A DNA stretch of 64,000 nt from Trueperaceae bacterium (GCA_965213705.1 OZ243913.1:4096001-4160000); one strand, 5' to 3'. Shown: positions 29,983 to 39,519, numbered from the stretch's first letter. Notes: generated by a model not told the origin, from the letters alone. A program made the numbers and translations.

Positions 29983-30937
29983 AAAAGGCGAGGCGACGCT
30001 GAGGCTCGTCGAATTCGTCGACTACCTCCGCGAACACCCGGAGCAACACAAGGTTGCGGCCTTAGCGGGGCACTTCGGGGTCGACCGTAATCAAATTTAC
30101 CGCTGGGCCAAGTACGCTTATGACCGTTACGGCATTCCCATCGACCTGCCGCCCTTGGTCGAACGCGGCTGCGTCAAACTCGGTGAGGGCGACCACGCGC
30201 TCAAACGAGTCACCTTGGACAGAATCGAAGTCGAGGCGCTGCTCGCAGCCGCCGTCCGCATCGAAGCCTTGACCCCCTATGCCAGACAAGCCCTCGACAA
30301 GCTCGAGGATGCCCGGCGCTTGCCCGAAGACACCCTGCAAGACCCCGTCCTCTACAGCCCGCTCATGGACGAATACGCCCCCGAACTCTTCGAGCGCGTC
30401 GTCAAAGCCGTCAGAGACTACCGAGTAGCACAGGTCAGCTACACCAACGCACGGGGCGAGCGAAAAACGTATCTCTTCAACAGCTACGCGCTCATCGCGG
30501 ACGGGCAGCACCTTTACCTGGTCGGTATCGCCCACAGCAGCCTAGAGGCCGGTTACGACACGGTCATCCCCTTACGCCTCGACCAGATAGAGCACTTCGT
30601 CCTTCAACAAGGTTCGTTCAAAAAACCGTCTTTCGACGCGAAAACCTACGCGCTCAGAGAGTTCGGCCCGTTCAAAGCCGAGGGAGAGGTGCTCAGCATC
30701 AAAGTTCGGTTTTCTGCTGAAAAAGCTCGCTACATCGAGCGCACCAGGCGGCACGAGAGCCAAAGGTGTGTAAAGCATGCGGACGGCACGCTTCTGTGGA
30801 GCATCAGCGCGCCGCTGAACGACGCGCTCGTTTACTGGATTACGAGCTACGGGCCGCACGCCACGGTGCTCGAGCCCGAGGAGCTGAGAGAACAGGTGCT
30901 CGAGTGGGCGCAGGGGAGTGTCAATGCCAATTCATAG
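29969..30937 (+). CDS. HTH-WYL-WCX transcriptional regulator
   Basis: N-terminal HTH; YTNARGE...LYLVG...LRLDQI; WITSYGPHATVLEPEELR. Confidence 0.9.
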   Translation: MGKREKGEATLRLVEFVDYLREHPEQHKVAALAGHFGVDRNQIYRWAKYAYDRYGIPIDLPPLVERGCVKLGEGDHALKRVTLDRIEVEALLAAAVRIEALTPYARQALDKLEDARRLPEDTLQDPVLYSPLMDEYAPELFERVVKAVRDYRVAQVSYTNARGERKTYLFNSYALIADGQHLYLVGIAHSSLEAGYDTVIPLRLDQIEHFVLQQGSFKKPSFDAKTYALREFGPFKAEGEVLSIKVRFSAEKARYIERTRRHESQRCVKHADGTLLWSISAPLNDALVYWITSYGPHATVLEPEELREQVLEWAQGSVNANS

Positions 30938-30954
30938 CCTAACGTCGATACCCG

Positions 30955-31221
30955 CTAAACAGCCGTTTTGGGACGAAGCTTATAAACCTCAGCAAGCTCA
31001 TGCTCGAGGTCTTCTGCGCTGTAATCGGGGTAGTAATAGCCGTGTGAGGTGTACCAGCGGATGGCCTCGAGCCGGTTCAAGCCCAACAGCGAACCTGCCT
31101 TGCCGACACTCATGCGCTCCTCGCGCACCATTTGCAGCAGCAGGCTTTCTAAGACTTTGCGCTCTAAGTCGTCTCCGTAGGCGGCGAGTATTTCGGGGGG
31201 AAGCTCGAGGGTTATGGGCAT
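30955..31221 (-). CDS. UPF0175-family protein (antitoxin-like)
   Basis: ITLELP...MSVGKAGSLLGLNR; TACAAT-N6-ATG leaderless start. Confidence 0.8.
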   Translation of the reverse strand: MPITLELPPEILAAYGDDLERKVLESLLLQMVREERMSVGKAGSLLGLNRLEAIRWYTSHGYYYPDYSAEDLEHELAEVYKLRPKTAV

Positions 31222-31282
31222 ACAGAGATTGTAGAGCAAAAAGAACTAAGGAGGCCAGTTTATAATGACCTCCTCTTCCACC

Positions 31283-31361
31283 ATTATCCTCTGCGAGGTT
31301 GGTTCACGTATCTCTTTCATTGTTTCAATCTTCTTACGAAGATGTTTTGATGATAGCAAAG
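31283..31361 (-). CRISPR. Degenerate CRISPR mini-array (CreR/CreA-like regulatory crRNA)
   Basis: Pseudo-repeat ending ATCTTC-GTAA-GAAGATTGAAAC; spacer AATGAAAGAGATACGTGAA; partial repeat AACCTCGCAGAGGAT. Confidence 0.8.
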
Positions 31362-31418
31362 TTGGTCTAGGTGTACGTAAACTTAGAGTTCAATTTCACG
31401 TTCTTCTCTCATTAACCC

Positions 31419-31447
31419 TTGACAAAGAAAATTCTTTCTCTTACACT
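31419..31447 (+). promoter_or_regulatory. Strong sigma70 promoter of the cas interference operon
   Basis: TTGACA-N17-TACACT. Confidence 0.85.
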
Positions 31448-31536
31448 CCCATAAACCAGCAGGCTGGCTTCGCGCCTACCAAGCTATCAAAGCCAGCTGC
31501 TGCAACGAAAGGCTTCACTGAAAGGAGTGAAGAACT

Positions 31537-31725
31537 TTGTCTATGGGATTATACAACCTTGATCTTGAAACAATTCTTCAGGAGTTTACAAGGGAAACCC
31601 TTGCTACTCTCGAGAAAGAACTTTCTCCCGAGCAATATGCATTTGTCGAGACGCGGCTACAACAGCTTGAGGCTGATAAAGTTTTCGAGCTTTATGAGCA
31701 GGAACTCTACGGAGTTGATTCGTAG
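31537..31725 (+). CDS. Small acidic protein, first gene of the cas operon
   Basis: AAGGAG RBS; stop directly precedes the cas3 RBS. Confidence 0.65.
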   Translation: MSMGLYNLDLETILQEFTRETLATLEKELSPEQYAFVETRLQQLEADKVFELYEQELYGVDS

Positions 31726-31737
31726 GAGGATAGTGAT

Positions 31738-33804
31738 ATGAGAGCCGCATTGAGCCTAACTCTACTCGAGGCCTGGTCAAAACGCTACACGGGAGGCCTG
31801 AATTTTGCCTTGCCAGAGGGTTGGCAACTCGCCACTCACCAAAAAGAGGTGTATGACACGCTGCACGAGCCTGATATAGATGTTGTGTTTGATACGGCGA
31901 TGACCGGGGACGGGAAGAGTTTAGCCGCTTATTTACCCATGCTTCGCCCGCAGGCTAAACGGCTGGGTAATGCTGTAGTCGCCTATCCAACCAATGAACT
32001 CATTCGCGACCAGGAAAGGCAGGTTAAAAACTACTTGGATGATTTCTCTGTTGACTTGAGCTTCCAAAAACTCAACGGAGAAACTATAGGAAGCGTGGCT
32101 AAGGAAAACGAAGTATCCCGCTACGAGTCAATTAAAGATTTGGTCTACAGGCAAAAGCTTCTGCTGACCAATCCCGATGTTTTTAATCTTATCGAAAGCT
32201 TTGCCTACACTAGCCCTATCAATCCGGCAACGCTTGCCCAAGAGTTTTCCAGCCTCTTTCGTTATGTGGTTTTTGACGAGTTTCACATTTTTGCGGCTCC
32301 GCAGATAGCCGCGATTATCGACGCCATGCTGTTCATTCGGGCAAACGGCAGTGCGAACTTTCCGACTAAGTTTCTATTTCTGTCGGCAACCCCGAGCCCC
32401 ATTCTCAGAGACGTCCTGGACAACGCTGATTTCAGGTTCCGAGTTATCGAGGGAAGCTACCAACACGGTCCCAAACCCAAAGGTGCTTACCGAAGCATTT
32501 TGCAAGAGGCAACCCTCGAGCTTGAACCCTGCGAGGCAAATACTGGTGGCATTTTGGGGTGGGCAACAAACAATCTCGAGAAAATCAAAGGGTTTTATCG
32601 TGAGAATCCGGGAAGTAAAGGGTTGATTATCTGTAACAGCGTATTTACGGCAAAAAAGCTGTATGCCTATTTGCGAGAGGGCTTGGTCGATACGGGAATC
32701 TCTTTAGGTGAAAATACAGGTTTGACGGGCAAGGAAGAAAAGCAAAGGTCATTAGAGCAAGACCTTGTTGTGGCGACATCAACAGTGGACGTTGGTGTCG
32801 ATTTCCGCATCAACTTTCTTATTTTTGAGTCTTTGAATGCCGGTTCTTTTATTCAACGTTTGGGTCGTTTGGGCAGACATAAAGATTTTCCTGTCTATCA
32901 CGCAGTAGCGCTATTGCCACAGTTTTTGGTTGAACGCTTTGCAAAGCATTATCAAGATGGGCAGACGGTTGACAGATGGTCTTTTTTTCAAAACTTGAGT
33001 GAGATTAAAGACGATAAAGCCGAGCAAATTTTTCCGCCGGAACAGGAGTTCAAGCCTTATATCAAACGTTGGGGCGGTGTCAAGGCAGTTCAGCGTCTAG
33101 GCAAGCTCTATAAGTATGGGGGTAAGGACAAATATCAGACACTTATACAGCGCTATCAACCGAATGCCGCTCAGGTTTTCAAGATTGCGAGCACAACCCA
33201 GGCTCGAGCAAGGCGACTTGAACCGGCTGTAAACAAAGAACTGTTCTCCTTCCGGGGTGCCGGACTGATGGACATCTGGACCTTTGACCCTTCTTCAAAA
33301 GCAGTAACTACGGTAAATGTTCTAAGGCTTTTGGCGGGGACAGAGTTTGGGTTGATCAGCAAACAAGAAGCGGAAGCTATCGCCATAATACACAGCACGC
33401 CTTTTTATCCAACTTACCTGAATCTCTACGCCAAAATCCACAGCTATAAGGAGGAGTACGACTTTGTTCAACTCCGCTATCAGCACACTTTTGGAGATGA
33501 TGGTCAAGCTTTCAATCACGCAGCAGACCGCGCCGGGTTTTTACTAGAAGCCGCTCATCCCGATATTCGCAAGGTGAGCCAAGCTCTCGTCAACAAACCT
33601 CTCTGCAGTTGCGTATGTGATAAAGAGCTGAGTGGTGAAAGCCCGCGAAACGCCCAAAGAATTTTGAGTTTGCCACCCCTGTTCAGTTTGGCCCAGGTCA
33701 TCGATAGCACCAACACTTCCTATACCGTTGCCTTTGGTCACGAAGCCCTTCTGCTGGACAGCCTTATTCACTGGCGAAAAATAAACGACTATTTCATTGC
33801 TTGA
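31738..33804 (+). CDS. cas3: Type I-D helicase Cas3' (no HD domain)
   Basis: TAMTGDGKS, YPTNEL, FDEFH, LSAT, STVDVGVD, QRLGRLGRH. Confidence 0.95.
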   Translation: MRAALSLTLLEAWSKRYTGGLNFALPEGWQLATHQKEVYDTLHEPDIDVVFDTAMTGDGKSLAAYLPMLRPQAKRLGNAVVAYPTNELIRDQERQVKNYLDDFSVDLSFQKLNGETIGSVAKENEVSRYESIKDLVYRQKLLLTNPDVFNLIESFAYTSPINPATLAQEFSSLFRYVVFDEFHIFAAPQIAAIIDAMLFIRANGSANFPTKFLFLSATPSPILRDVLDNADFRFRVIEGSYQHGPKPKGAYRSILQEATLELEPCEANTGGILGWATNNLEKIKGFYRENPGSKGLIICNSVFTAKKLYAYLREGLVDTGISLGENTGLTGKEEKQRSLEQDLVVATSTVDVGVDFRINFLIFESLNAGSFIQRLGRLGRHKDFPVYHAVALLPQFLVERFAKHYQDGQTVDRWSFFQNLSEIKDDKAEQIFPPEQEFKPYIKRWGGVKAVQRLGKLYKYGGKDKYQTLIQRYQPNAAQVFKIASTTQARARRLEPAVNKELFSFRGAGLMDIWTFDPSSKAVTTVNVLRLLAGTEFGLISKQEAEAIAIIHSTPFYPTYLNLYAKIHSYKEEYDFVQLRYQHTFGDDGQAFNHAADRAGFLLEAAHPDIRKVSQALVNKPLCSCVCDKELSGESPRNAQRILSLPPLFSLAQVIDSTNTSYTVAFGHEALLLDSLIHWRKINDYFIA

Positions 33805-33815
33805 AAGGAGTAGTA

Positions 33816-36800
33816 ATGGATGAAAACGAAGACATCTTAACCGAGTTCAACTTTGAAGACTGGGAAGAGCCTTTAGAACCAAAGGCTTATGAGCAGGTAC
33901 AAAGGCCCCCATTTGCAAAACTCATACTCGACACGGTTCAGGATGCGCCCTCAGCGCTTCAGGATTGGGCAGAACTGGTTGTACCTAAGCTTCTCAGTGT
34001 TCTGGCGCTGCGTAACGCGAAAGGCATGGGCGAGGTCGAAGCGAATCGGTTCTTGGGAAAAACGGATTTCAAGTCAGGTCAGGCTCGAGCCAAAGCGTTC
34101 AAAAAATTAACCGAAATGCCCGATCAAAGTCTCGCCGTTCACACCCTGAATGCGGCTTTGGGTGGCTGGACGGTCGTTGCGCTTGCGAACCTTGATGATT
34201 TCGAGCAACGCCTGTATTTAGCAGGGATAACCTTGCACGACCTCAACAAGATGTTGGGAACAACTCTGCGTTTGCAGGGTGAGCAGAAAGAGGCCTTTGA
34301 GGAAGCTTTCAAAGCCTGGGCTGAACGCCTTGGCCTTTGGCAATTTATAGGCGAAAACCACTGGGCCGATGTTGCTTACTTGGCTCAAAACGCAGAAGCC
34401 GTCAAGGGTGAGAACCGCACACTCTTCAACTACGACCAGTTGCAAACATCACCGGAAGACTTGGAGCCTATCAGCGATTTTGTTCGCTTGGCCGATCTCC
34501 TGGCAAGCGCAGCCAAACACCCTGACGACGTTTTAAACATGGGAGGCGGCAATAAAGTCATAGAAACGCTTCGGCGCGTTCTACGGGGGAAATATATACT
34601 TCGTTACCACAAAACCGCCGACAACCGTGGCTTACTCACCCAACTGATTCACAATGCTGTTTTAGAGCAAGCCCAAGAGAAGGGTTGGCTACCTTTCCTG
34701 TACTTTCCCGACGGCGTGACTTACTTAGTCCCTAAAGAAGCGGAGAACATCAATCTCGAAGACGTTCCCCAGCGAGTTAGGCAAATGCTTGTAGAGTCCG
34801 TAGCCGACAAGCTGGGTCAACTGGTGGCTCGAGCCCCCACCGGAATGCGTTACAAGCCCGAATTTATCGAACTTTTGACACCTGCTCGAGCTTGCAAGTT
34901 GGCAATCCAAAGGATTTTGGAGATTATCAGCGACAAAAAGCCTCCCGTGACCGACGAGCGAAAGGCGAAGACTGTACTCCGCAAAGATGCCACGGTCAAG
35001 CTCGATTTTGACTATGGCGCTTCTCTGAACGCCGACCGATTGGCGGAAGGCTTGTTCGGTGTGTCGAAAATAATCTTCGACTATTACGGGGATGATAGAG
35101 AGACACATGGGGGGTCCCTCATTTGCGCACTTGGGCTGGGGGATTTGGTAGAGACATTCAGGTCTATCGAATTTACAGGCGGCGTGGGTTATCCCTGGTA
35201 CTACATCGGGGGTCACTACATACACCGCAATCCCGGCTTAGATGCCAACGACGTTGAAAACGTGATGCAAAAAGCGGTAACTCAGGTTTTAGGCGACCTC
35301 GGTGAACCGAAAAAAGAGCCCCCTTTCGGCTTTTTGGAAAGTTACATCGGCCAAACACTCAGCACAGGCACCGAGCGTGAAGCATGGAACTTCTCGGGCG
35401 AGTTGGAGCGGTATGTCGTCAGTAAAAAACTACGCAGTGGACAGCGAGTTTGTGCAGTCTGCAACAGTAGCTTTGCTGTAAGAGCAGACTACTCGACATT
35501 TTCTAATAAGCAAGTTGCAGGCTACGCCGATGCGCGCCGCGGTATCTGTCAGATCTGTCAGGCCGAAAATCTACTGCGCCGCTTCACGCTCGGAAAAGAC
35601 ATGCTGTCAGATGACGGCACGAAGTTCTTGCATCTCTACCCAACTTACTTCTTTACACCTATCACAGCGAAGGTGATGCAACACGCCTATCAATCTTTCA
35701 AACAAGCCACTTTTGCCGAAATTGCCAAACCTTATCAGCAAGCCGATTACGAGGTCAGGGCGATTCTCCATGCTGACGTTTTCCAGGTTTTGAAAGCCGA
35801 TAACCCCAAAAGACGACTTGACAGAGTGGACTATCCCGAGGGACAGATGCACGGTTACTTCCTGCTCGGAGTTCCGTACTTGGGGCGCGACCCGAGCGAT
35901 ACCGAGACGTGGGTCATGCCTGCGCTGCTGGCGCTGCTTTCCCCTTTACTGTTCGGCACGAAAGCTGTGGTCAGCGATTCGGCTTTACCGCTGTTTACGA
36001 GCGGTGCGGACTTTCCCGAGACGGTCGTTCTCGACGCGCCCCACAGCTTTTGGCAGCACGGCATAAAGAAAACGAGGTTTCGTCTGGATGAACTCGAGAA
36101 AGGTTTGCATACAGTATTGGCACTTTACGGTTTGGTCAGCGAAGCCTACAAAGACGGCAAGGGTTATGCCATTTGGAATCAGCTCGGCTCGGTGGCTCGA
36201 AACCTCGACTCCGAACCTCTAAGCATCTTCGGCTACGCGGACCGTATCAGCTCACAGCTCAGCAAGGGAAAAAGCACCCTCACAAGCACCGACGGCATGT
36301 CTCCTTGGTTGGCTCAACGTTTAACAACCTACTACGAATCAACGCTGGACTTCTACGAAACTTACTCTTTAGGAGGTACATCAAGAATGGGATTGATTCA
36401 GGAAACCGTCGATAAATATGCGAAGTTTTACAGGGCGCGAGGCTCGAGTTCGGCTTATGCAAGATTGCGTCCCTTGGACGACGCTATCAAAGTTATTCTG
36501 GCTGCACCGACAGAAGAGCAACTCGACCAAGAAAGCTTGCACCTTGAAATTATGGGGGCGCTGATGGCATATCTAGGCAGAATTAGAGATAGAGATCCAT
36601 CGATTAAAGGCATCATTCCTAAAGGTATGTGGAGTGATGATGTCCTACTCCCTGCGGTGAGCGACTTTGCAACCCACATGTTGGACAAGGTGTTTTGTGA
36701 CTTCGCCGGAGGTGACAGGGCAATTTTGAGGAAGCAACTCAACAAGTTCAAAAATGGTTGTGAAGCTTACTACGTTCTTCATTACGGAAGAAAAAAGACG

Positions 36801-36845
36801 GATGAAAGCGCCTCTACAGAAAATCACGAAAAGGAGAGTAGCTGA
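33816..36845 (+). CDS. cas10d: Type I-D large subunit Cas10d (Csc3) with N-terminal HD nuclease
   Basis: DQSLAVHTLN, LHDLNK, LADLLAS, CAVC...CQIC, HLYPTYFFT; AAGGAG RBS. Confidence 0.95.
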   Translation: MDENEDILTEFNFEDWEEPLEPKAYEQVQRPPFAKLILDTVQDAPSALQDWAELVVPKLLSVLALRNAKGMGEVEANRFLGKTDFKSGQARAKAFKKLTEMPDQSLAVHTLNAALGGWTVVALANLDDFEQRLYLAGITLHDLNKMLGTTLRLQGEQKEAFEEAFKAWAERLGLWQFIGENHWADVAYLAQNAEAVKGENRTLFNYDQLQTSPEDLEPISDFVRLADLLASAAKHPDDVLNMGGGNKVIETLRRVLRGKYILRYHKTADNRGLLTQLIHNAVLEQAQEKGWLPFLYFPDGVTYLVPKEAENINLEDVPQRVRQMLVESVADKLGQLVARAPTGMRYKPEFIELLTPARACKLAIQRILEIISDKKPPVTDERKAKTVLRKDATVKLDFDYGASLNADRLAEGLFGVSKIIFDYYGDDRETHGGSLICALGLGDLVETFRSIEFTGGVGYPWYYIGGHYIHRNPGLDANDVENVMQKAVTQVLGDLGEPKKEPPFGFLESYIGQTLSTGTEREAWNFSGELERYVVSKKLRSGQRVCAVCNSSFAVRADYSTFSNKQVAGYADARRGICQICQAENLLRRFTLGKDMLSDDGTKFLHLYPTYFFTPITAKVMQHAYQSFKQATFAEIAKPYQQADYEVRAILHADVFQVLKADNPKRRLDRVDYPEGQMHGYFLLGVPYLGRDPSDTETWVMPALLALLSPLLFGTKAVVSDSALPLFTSGADFPETVVLDAPHSFWQHGIKKTRFRLDELEKGLHTVLALYGLVSEAYKDGKGYAIWNQLGSVARNLDSEPLSIFGYADRISSQLSKGKSTLTSTDGMSPWLAQRLTTYYESTLDFYETYSLGGTSRMGLIQETVDKYAKFYRARGSSSAYARLRPLDDAIKVILAAPTEEQLDQESLHLEIMGALMAYLGRIRDRDPSIKGIIPKGMWSDDVLLPAVSDFATHMLDKVFCDFAGGDRAILRKQLNKFKNGCEAYYVLHYGRKKTDESASTENHEKESS
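36387..36845 (+). CDS. cas11d: Cas11d small subunit from an internal start in cas10d
   Basis: In-frame ATG (MGLIQETVDKYAKFY) preceded by AGGAGG at 36371-36376. Confidence 0.8.
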   Translation: MGLIQETVDKYAKFYRARGSSSAYARLRPLDDAIKVILAAPTEEQLDQESLHLEIMGALMAYLGRIRDRDPSIKGIIPKGMWSDDVLLPAVSDFATHMLDKVFCDFAGGDRAILRKQLNKFKNGCEAYYVLHYGRKKTDESASTENHEKESS

Positions 36846-37771
36846 TGTTCGACGCATATGAAAAATACTTCCATACGGCAATCCCTCTGCGCCCCGGTGC
36901 AAAGTACGCCCACATCCTAGTTCTCCGCAAAACGGAAAGTTACGCAGTTTTCAAAACAGATGGCGAACTCAACACTGCTAGGGTTAGCTCGGGTCTCGAG
37001 GATAAAACACAAATCTCACGCTTGACGATTTTCAAACGCAAACAGACCACCCCCGAGCGCTTGACAGGCCGAGAGATTTTGCGCCGTTACGAACTCTTAC
37101 CCGCTGACGACCAGTACAACGTGAACTTCACACCCGACTCGCCCGACTCGGTCATTTACGGCTACGCTATTGGTGATTCGGGGTCTGAAAAGTCGAAGGT
37201 CTATGTAGACACAGCCTTTTCTCTCACCAACTACGACGTTTCCCACGAAACGATGACGCTGAACGCGCCTTACGAGGACGGCACCATGACGCGGGGCAGC
37301 AGCACCACAAACCGTTTTAGCGAACAAGACCATGTTCTGCCGGAAGTTTATTTTCCGAGCGTCGTCACCGTTCGAGACCCTACCCAAAATACGCTTGCTT
37401 ACGTCATCAACAACATCAGACGTACCAAACGTTACGGCGCACAAACAACGCGAACCGGACAAGTGTCCAACCAAATCGTCGGCCTTATCTTTGCCGACGG
37501 GGAGATTTTCAGCAATTTACGGCTTGTCCAAGCGATGCACGACCTTTTGGAAAGCGACAAAACCCTCAGCCAAGACGCTGCGATGGTACAGGTCGCCCGC
37601 GACCTCGTAGCACGCGACGGCGTCATTTACGAACTGGTCACGGGTGAACAGCTCGAGGTGTTGCTCACCGAACTCGATGCTGTTTTTACGGATGAAACGC
37701 AGTTGAAAACCTTTTTGACCGACCTCTACAGCGAAACGAAAGCCTACGCTGAATCCGTGAAAAACCAGTAG
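36845..37771 (+). CDS. cas7: Type I-D Cas7d (Csc2)
   Basis: FKRKQTTPER.TGRE, YGYAIG, RYGAQTTRTG. Confidence 0.95.
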   Translation: MFDAYEKYFHTAIPLRPGAKYAHILVLRKTESYAVFKTDGELNTARVSSGLEDKTQISRLTIFKRKQTTPERLTGREILRRYELLPADDQYNVNFTPDSPDSVIYGYAIGDSGSEKSKVYVDTAFSLTNYDVSHETMTLNAPYEDGTMTRGSSTTNRFSEQDHVLPEVYFPSVVTVRDPTQNTLAYVINNIRRTKRYGAQTTRTGQVSNQIVGLIFADGEIFSNLRLVQAMHDLLESDKTLSQDAAMVQVARDLVARDGVIYELVTGEQLEVLLTELDAVFTDETQLKTFLTDLYSETKAYAESVKNQ

Positions 37772-37776
37772 CAGTT

Positions 37777-38433
37777 ATGCATGCTTACCACCTAGAGATT
37801 GACTTACATGACCTCATGTACTACGCTTCTCGCGAACTGGGGCGCATGTACATCAGTGAGCGCTATATCCACAATTACGCGCTGACCTACGCCTTGGGTT
37901 TAGCTAAGAGTGGCTATCACGACGCGGTTCAGGTGCCTCACTACCGAGAAGACTTGGAACCTCTGAATGACGCTGGAGTTTATGTCACTCCTGCCAAACC
38001 CATCCGTGTGGAAACGTCTACGCATACGTTCAAGCTCGCAGACACTCGGTACCAGGTCAAAATGGAGCAGTCGAGCGTCAACATTCCCACCTTTGGACGC
38101 ATTCGCGAGATAAACCCCGAATCGCGTTATGAAGCCTTCGTTCTTACGAAGGAGAAGCTCGAGCTTCCCAAGTGGATTCGGCTTGGTAAGTGGATGAGCA
38201 AAGCCTCGGTAGCAACTGCAGAAGTCGAAGTGAGTGAGGGAAAGAAAACGTTTAGCACTTTGCACCCTCTCAATGGTCTCGACTTACCTTTCGACGCGAA
38301 GCTTTACGACCTTATCAACATGCCTCCGGTCTCTCTTATCGAAAATGCAAGGTTTGAGGGCGAGTGCTACACCCTGAAGCTGAGCGAGAAAGAGACTCGC
38401 GAGTTTCCAAAAGGACTAAGGTACACCTTCTAA
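37777..38433 (+). CDS. cas5: Type I-D Cas5d (Csc1)
   Basis: ASRELGR, IHNYALTYALG, PKWIRLGKWMSKA, MPPVSL. Confidence 0.95.
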   Translation: MHAYHLEIDLHDLMYYASRELGRMYISERYIHNYALTYALGLAKSGYHDAVQVPHYREDLEPLNDAGVYVTPAKPIRVETSTHTFKLADTRYQVKMEQSSVNIPTFGRIREINPESRYEAFVLTKEKLELPKWIRLGKWMSKASVATAEVEVSEGKKTFSTLHPLNGLDLPFDAKLYDLINMPPVSLIENARFEGECYTLKLSEKETREFPKGLRYTF

Positions 38434-39233
38434 TGCCCCATGCTTTCCTCCTCCACCTCACCCCCACCACCCGCGCCCCCGACCACCCCTACCTCCACCA
38501 GTACACCCACGGCCTCTTCTATCACCTGTTGGAAACCATTCATCCCGCGCTGAGCGCCGACATTCATGCCAGCAAGCGCAACCCCTTCACGCTTTGGGCC
38601 AGGGAAAAGGACGGCGGCATCTTGCTGCGCGTGACCGTCCTGAACGATACCCTCTTTCAATCGCTGCTCGAGGTGGTGTTGCAAGAATCCTTGACGGGCC
38701 TGGAGCTGGGCCAGGACAGCTACCGGGTGGCGAGGGTATTAGCGACGCCGGAAGGCCACCGGGACGCGGGCTTCTTAGGCTGGGAAGATGTTTTATGTGC
38801 CCGGCCCGTGAACAGGCTCGAGCTGCGCTTCGTCACGCCGACGGTGTTTGCGACCTCGAAAGGGAAAAAGCGGCACTACACGCCGCTACCCCTGCCGAGG
38901 CTGGTGCTGAAAAGTTTGCTGAACGCCTTTCAAGCCTACAGCCCCGCGCCCTACAGCGAGCCGGAAGCGGCGGGGTTGGAGGCTATGTTCGACGAACTGT
39001 TCGTCGTCACAAGTCACGATATTGCCACAAAGCCCCACAAAGCGGGCAAGGTCAGGCTGACCGGCTTCGTGGGGCGGGCGAGCATTCGCTATCAAGAGGC
39101 GTCGGGGCGGGTCGAGAAAGCGCTCGGGCAGCTTGCCAGCCTCGTCTTTTTCAGCGGGGTGGGGGCGAAGACGCCTTACGGGATGGGGCAGGTGCGTGTA
39201 AAGGTTGGAAGCGGGCAAGTTGGTAGCAAGTAA
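38433..39233 (+). CDS. cas6: CRISPR endoribonuclease Cas6
   Basis: F.TPT.F, GFVG, C-terminal G-loop FSGVGAKTPYGMG. Confidence 0.95.
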   Translation: MPHAFLLHLTPTTRAPDHPYLHQYTHGLFYHLLETIHPALSADIHASKRNPFTLWAREKDGGILLRVTVLNDTLFQSLLEVVLQESLTGLELGQDSYRVARVLATPEGHRDAGFLGWEDVLCARPVNRLELRFVTPTVFATSKGKKRHYTPLPLPRLVLKSLLNAFQAYSPAPYSEPEAAGLEAMFDELFVVTSHDIATKPHKAGKVRLTGFVGRASIRYQEASGRVEKALGQLASLVFFSGVGAKTPYGMGQVRVKVGSGQVGSK

Positions 39234-39266
39234 CGTAGGCACTGGAAAAAGCCCTATGATGAAGCT

Positions 39267-39464
39267 GTGAACGAGTTCGAGCTTTTGAACAGAATAACCC
39301 TCGACCCCGACATCTGTCACGGCAAACCTTGTATCAGAGGGTTGCGCTATCCCGTCGAGACGATTCTGGAACTTTTAGGGAGCGGCATGTCCTTCGGGGA
39401 TCTTTTGGACGACTACGAAGACCTCGAGCGCGAGGACTTGCAGGCAGCTCTAATCTGGCAATAA
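39267..39464 (+). CDS. DUF433-family protein (antitoxin-like; partner absent)
   Basis: RITLDPDICHGKPCIRGLR...ILELL..G. Confidence 0.85.
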   Translation: MNEFELLNRITLDPDICHGKPCIRGLRYPVETILELLGSGMSFGDLLDDYEDLEREDLQAALIWQ

Positions 39465-39519
39465 CCGTCACTGCGCCGCTCGCTGGCAGCCGCTTCTATC
39501 CCTGTAAACCTCATCCGTA

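Noticed and set aside
31499..31524. GCTGCAAC...TGAAAG as another pseudo-repeat
   Set aside because: Only the ends resemble the repeat; too short and lacks the CCTC/GAGG hairpin
31265..31741. 158-aa plus-strand ORF before cas3
   Set aside because: Runs across the mini-array and promoter, has no recognisable motifs; likely spurious
33816..36845. Type III Cas10 with cyclic-oligoadenylate signalling
   Set aside because: No GGDD motif; gene set (Cas3', Csc2, Csc1) is type I-D
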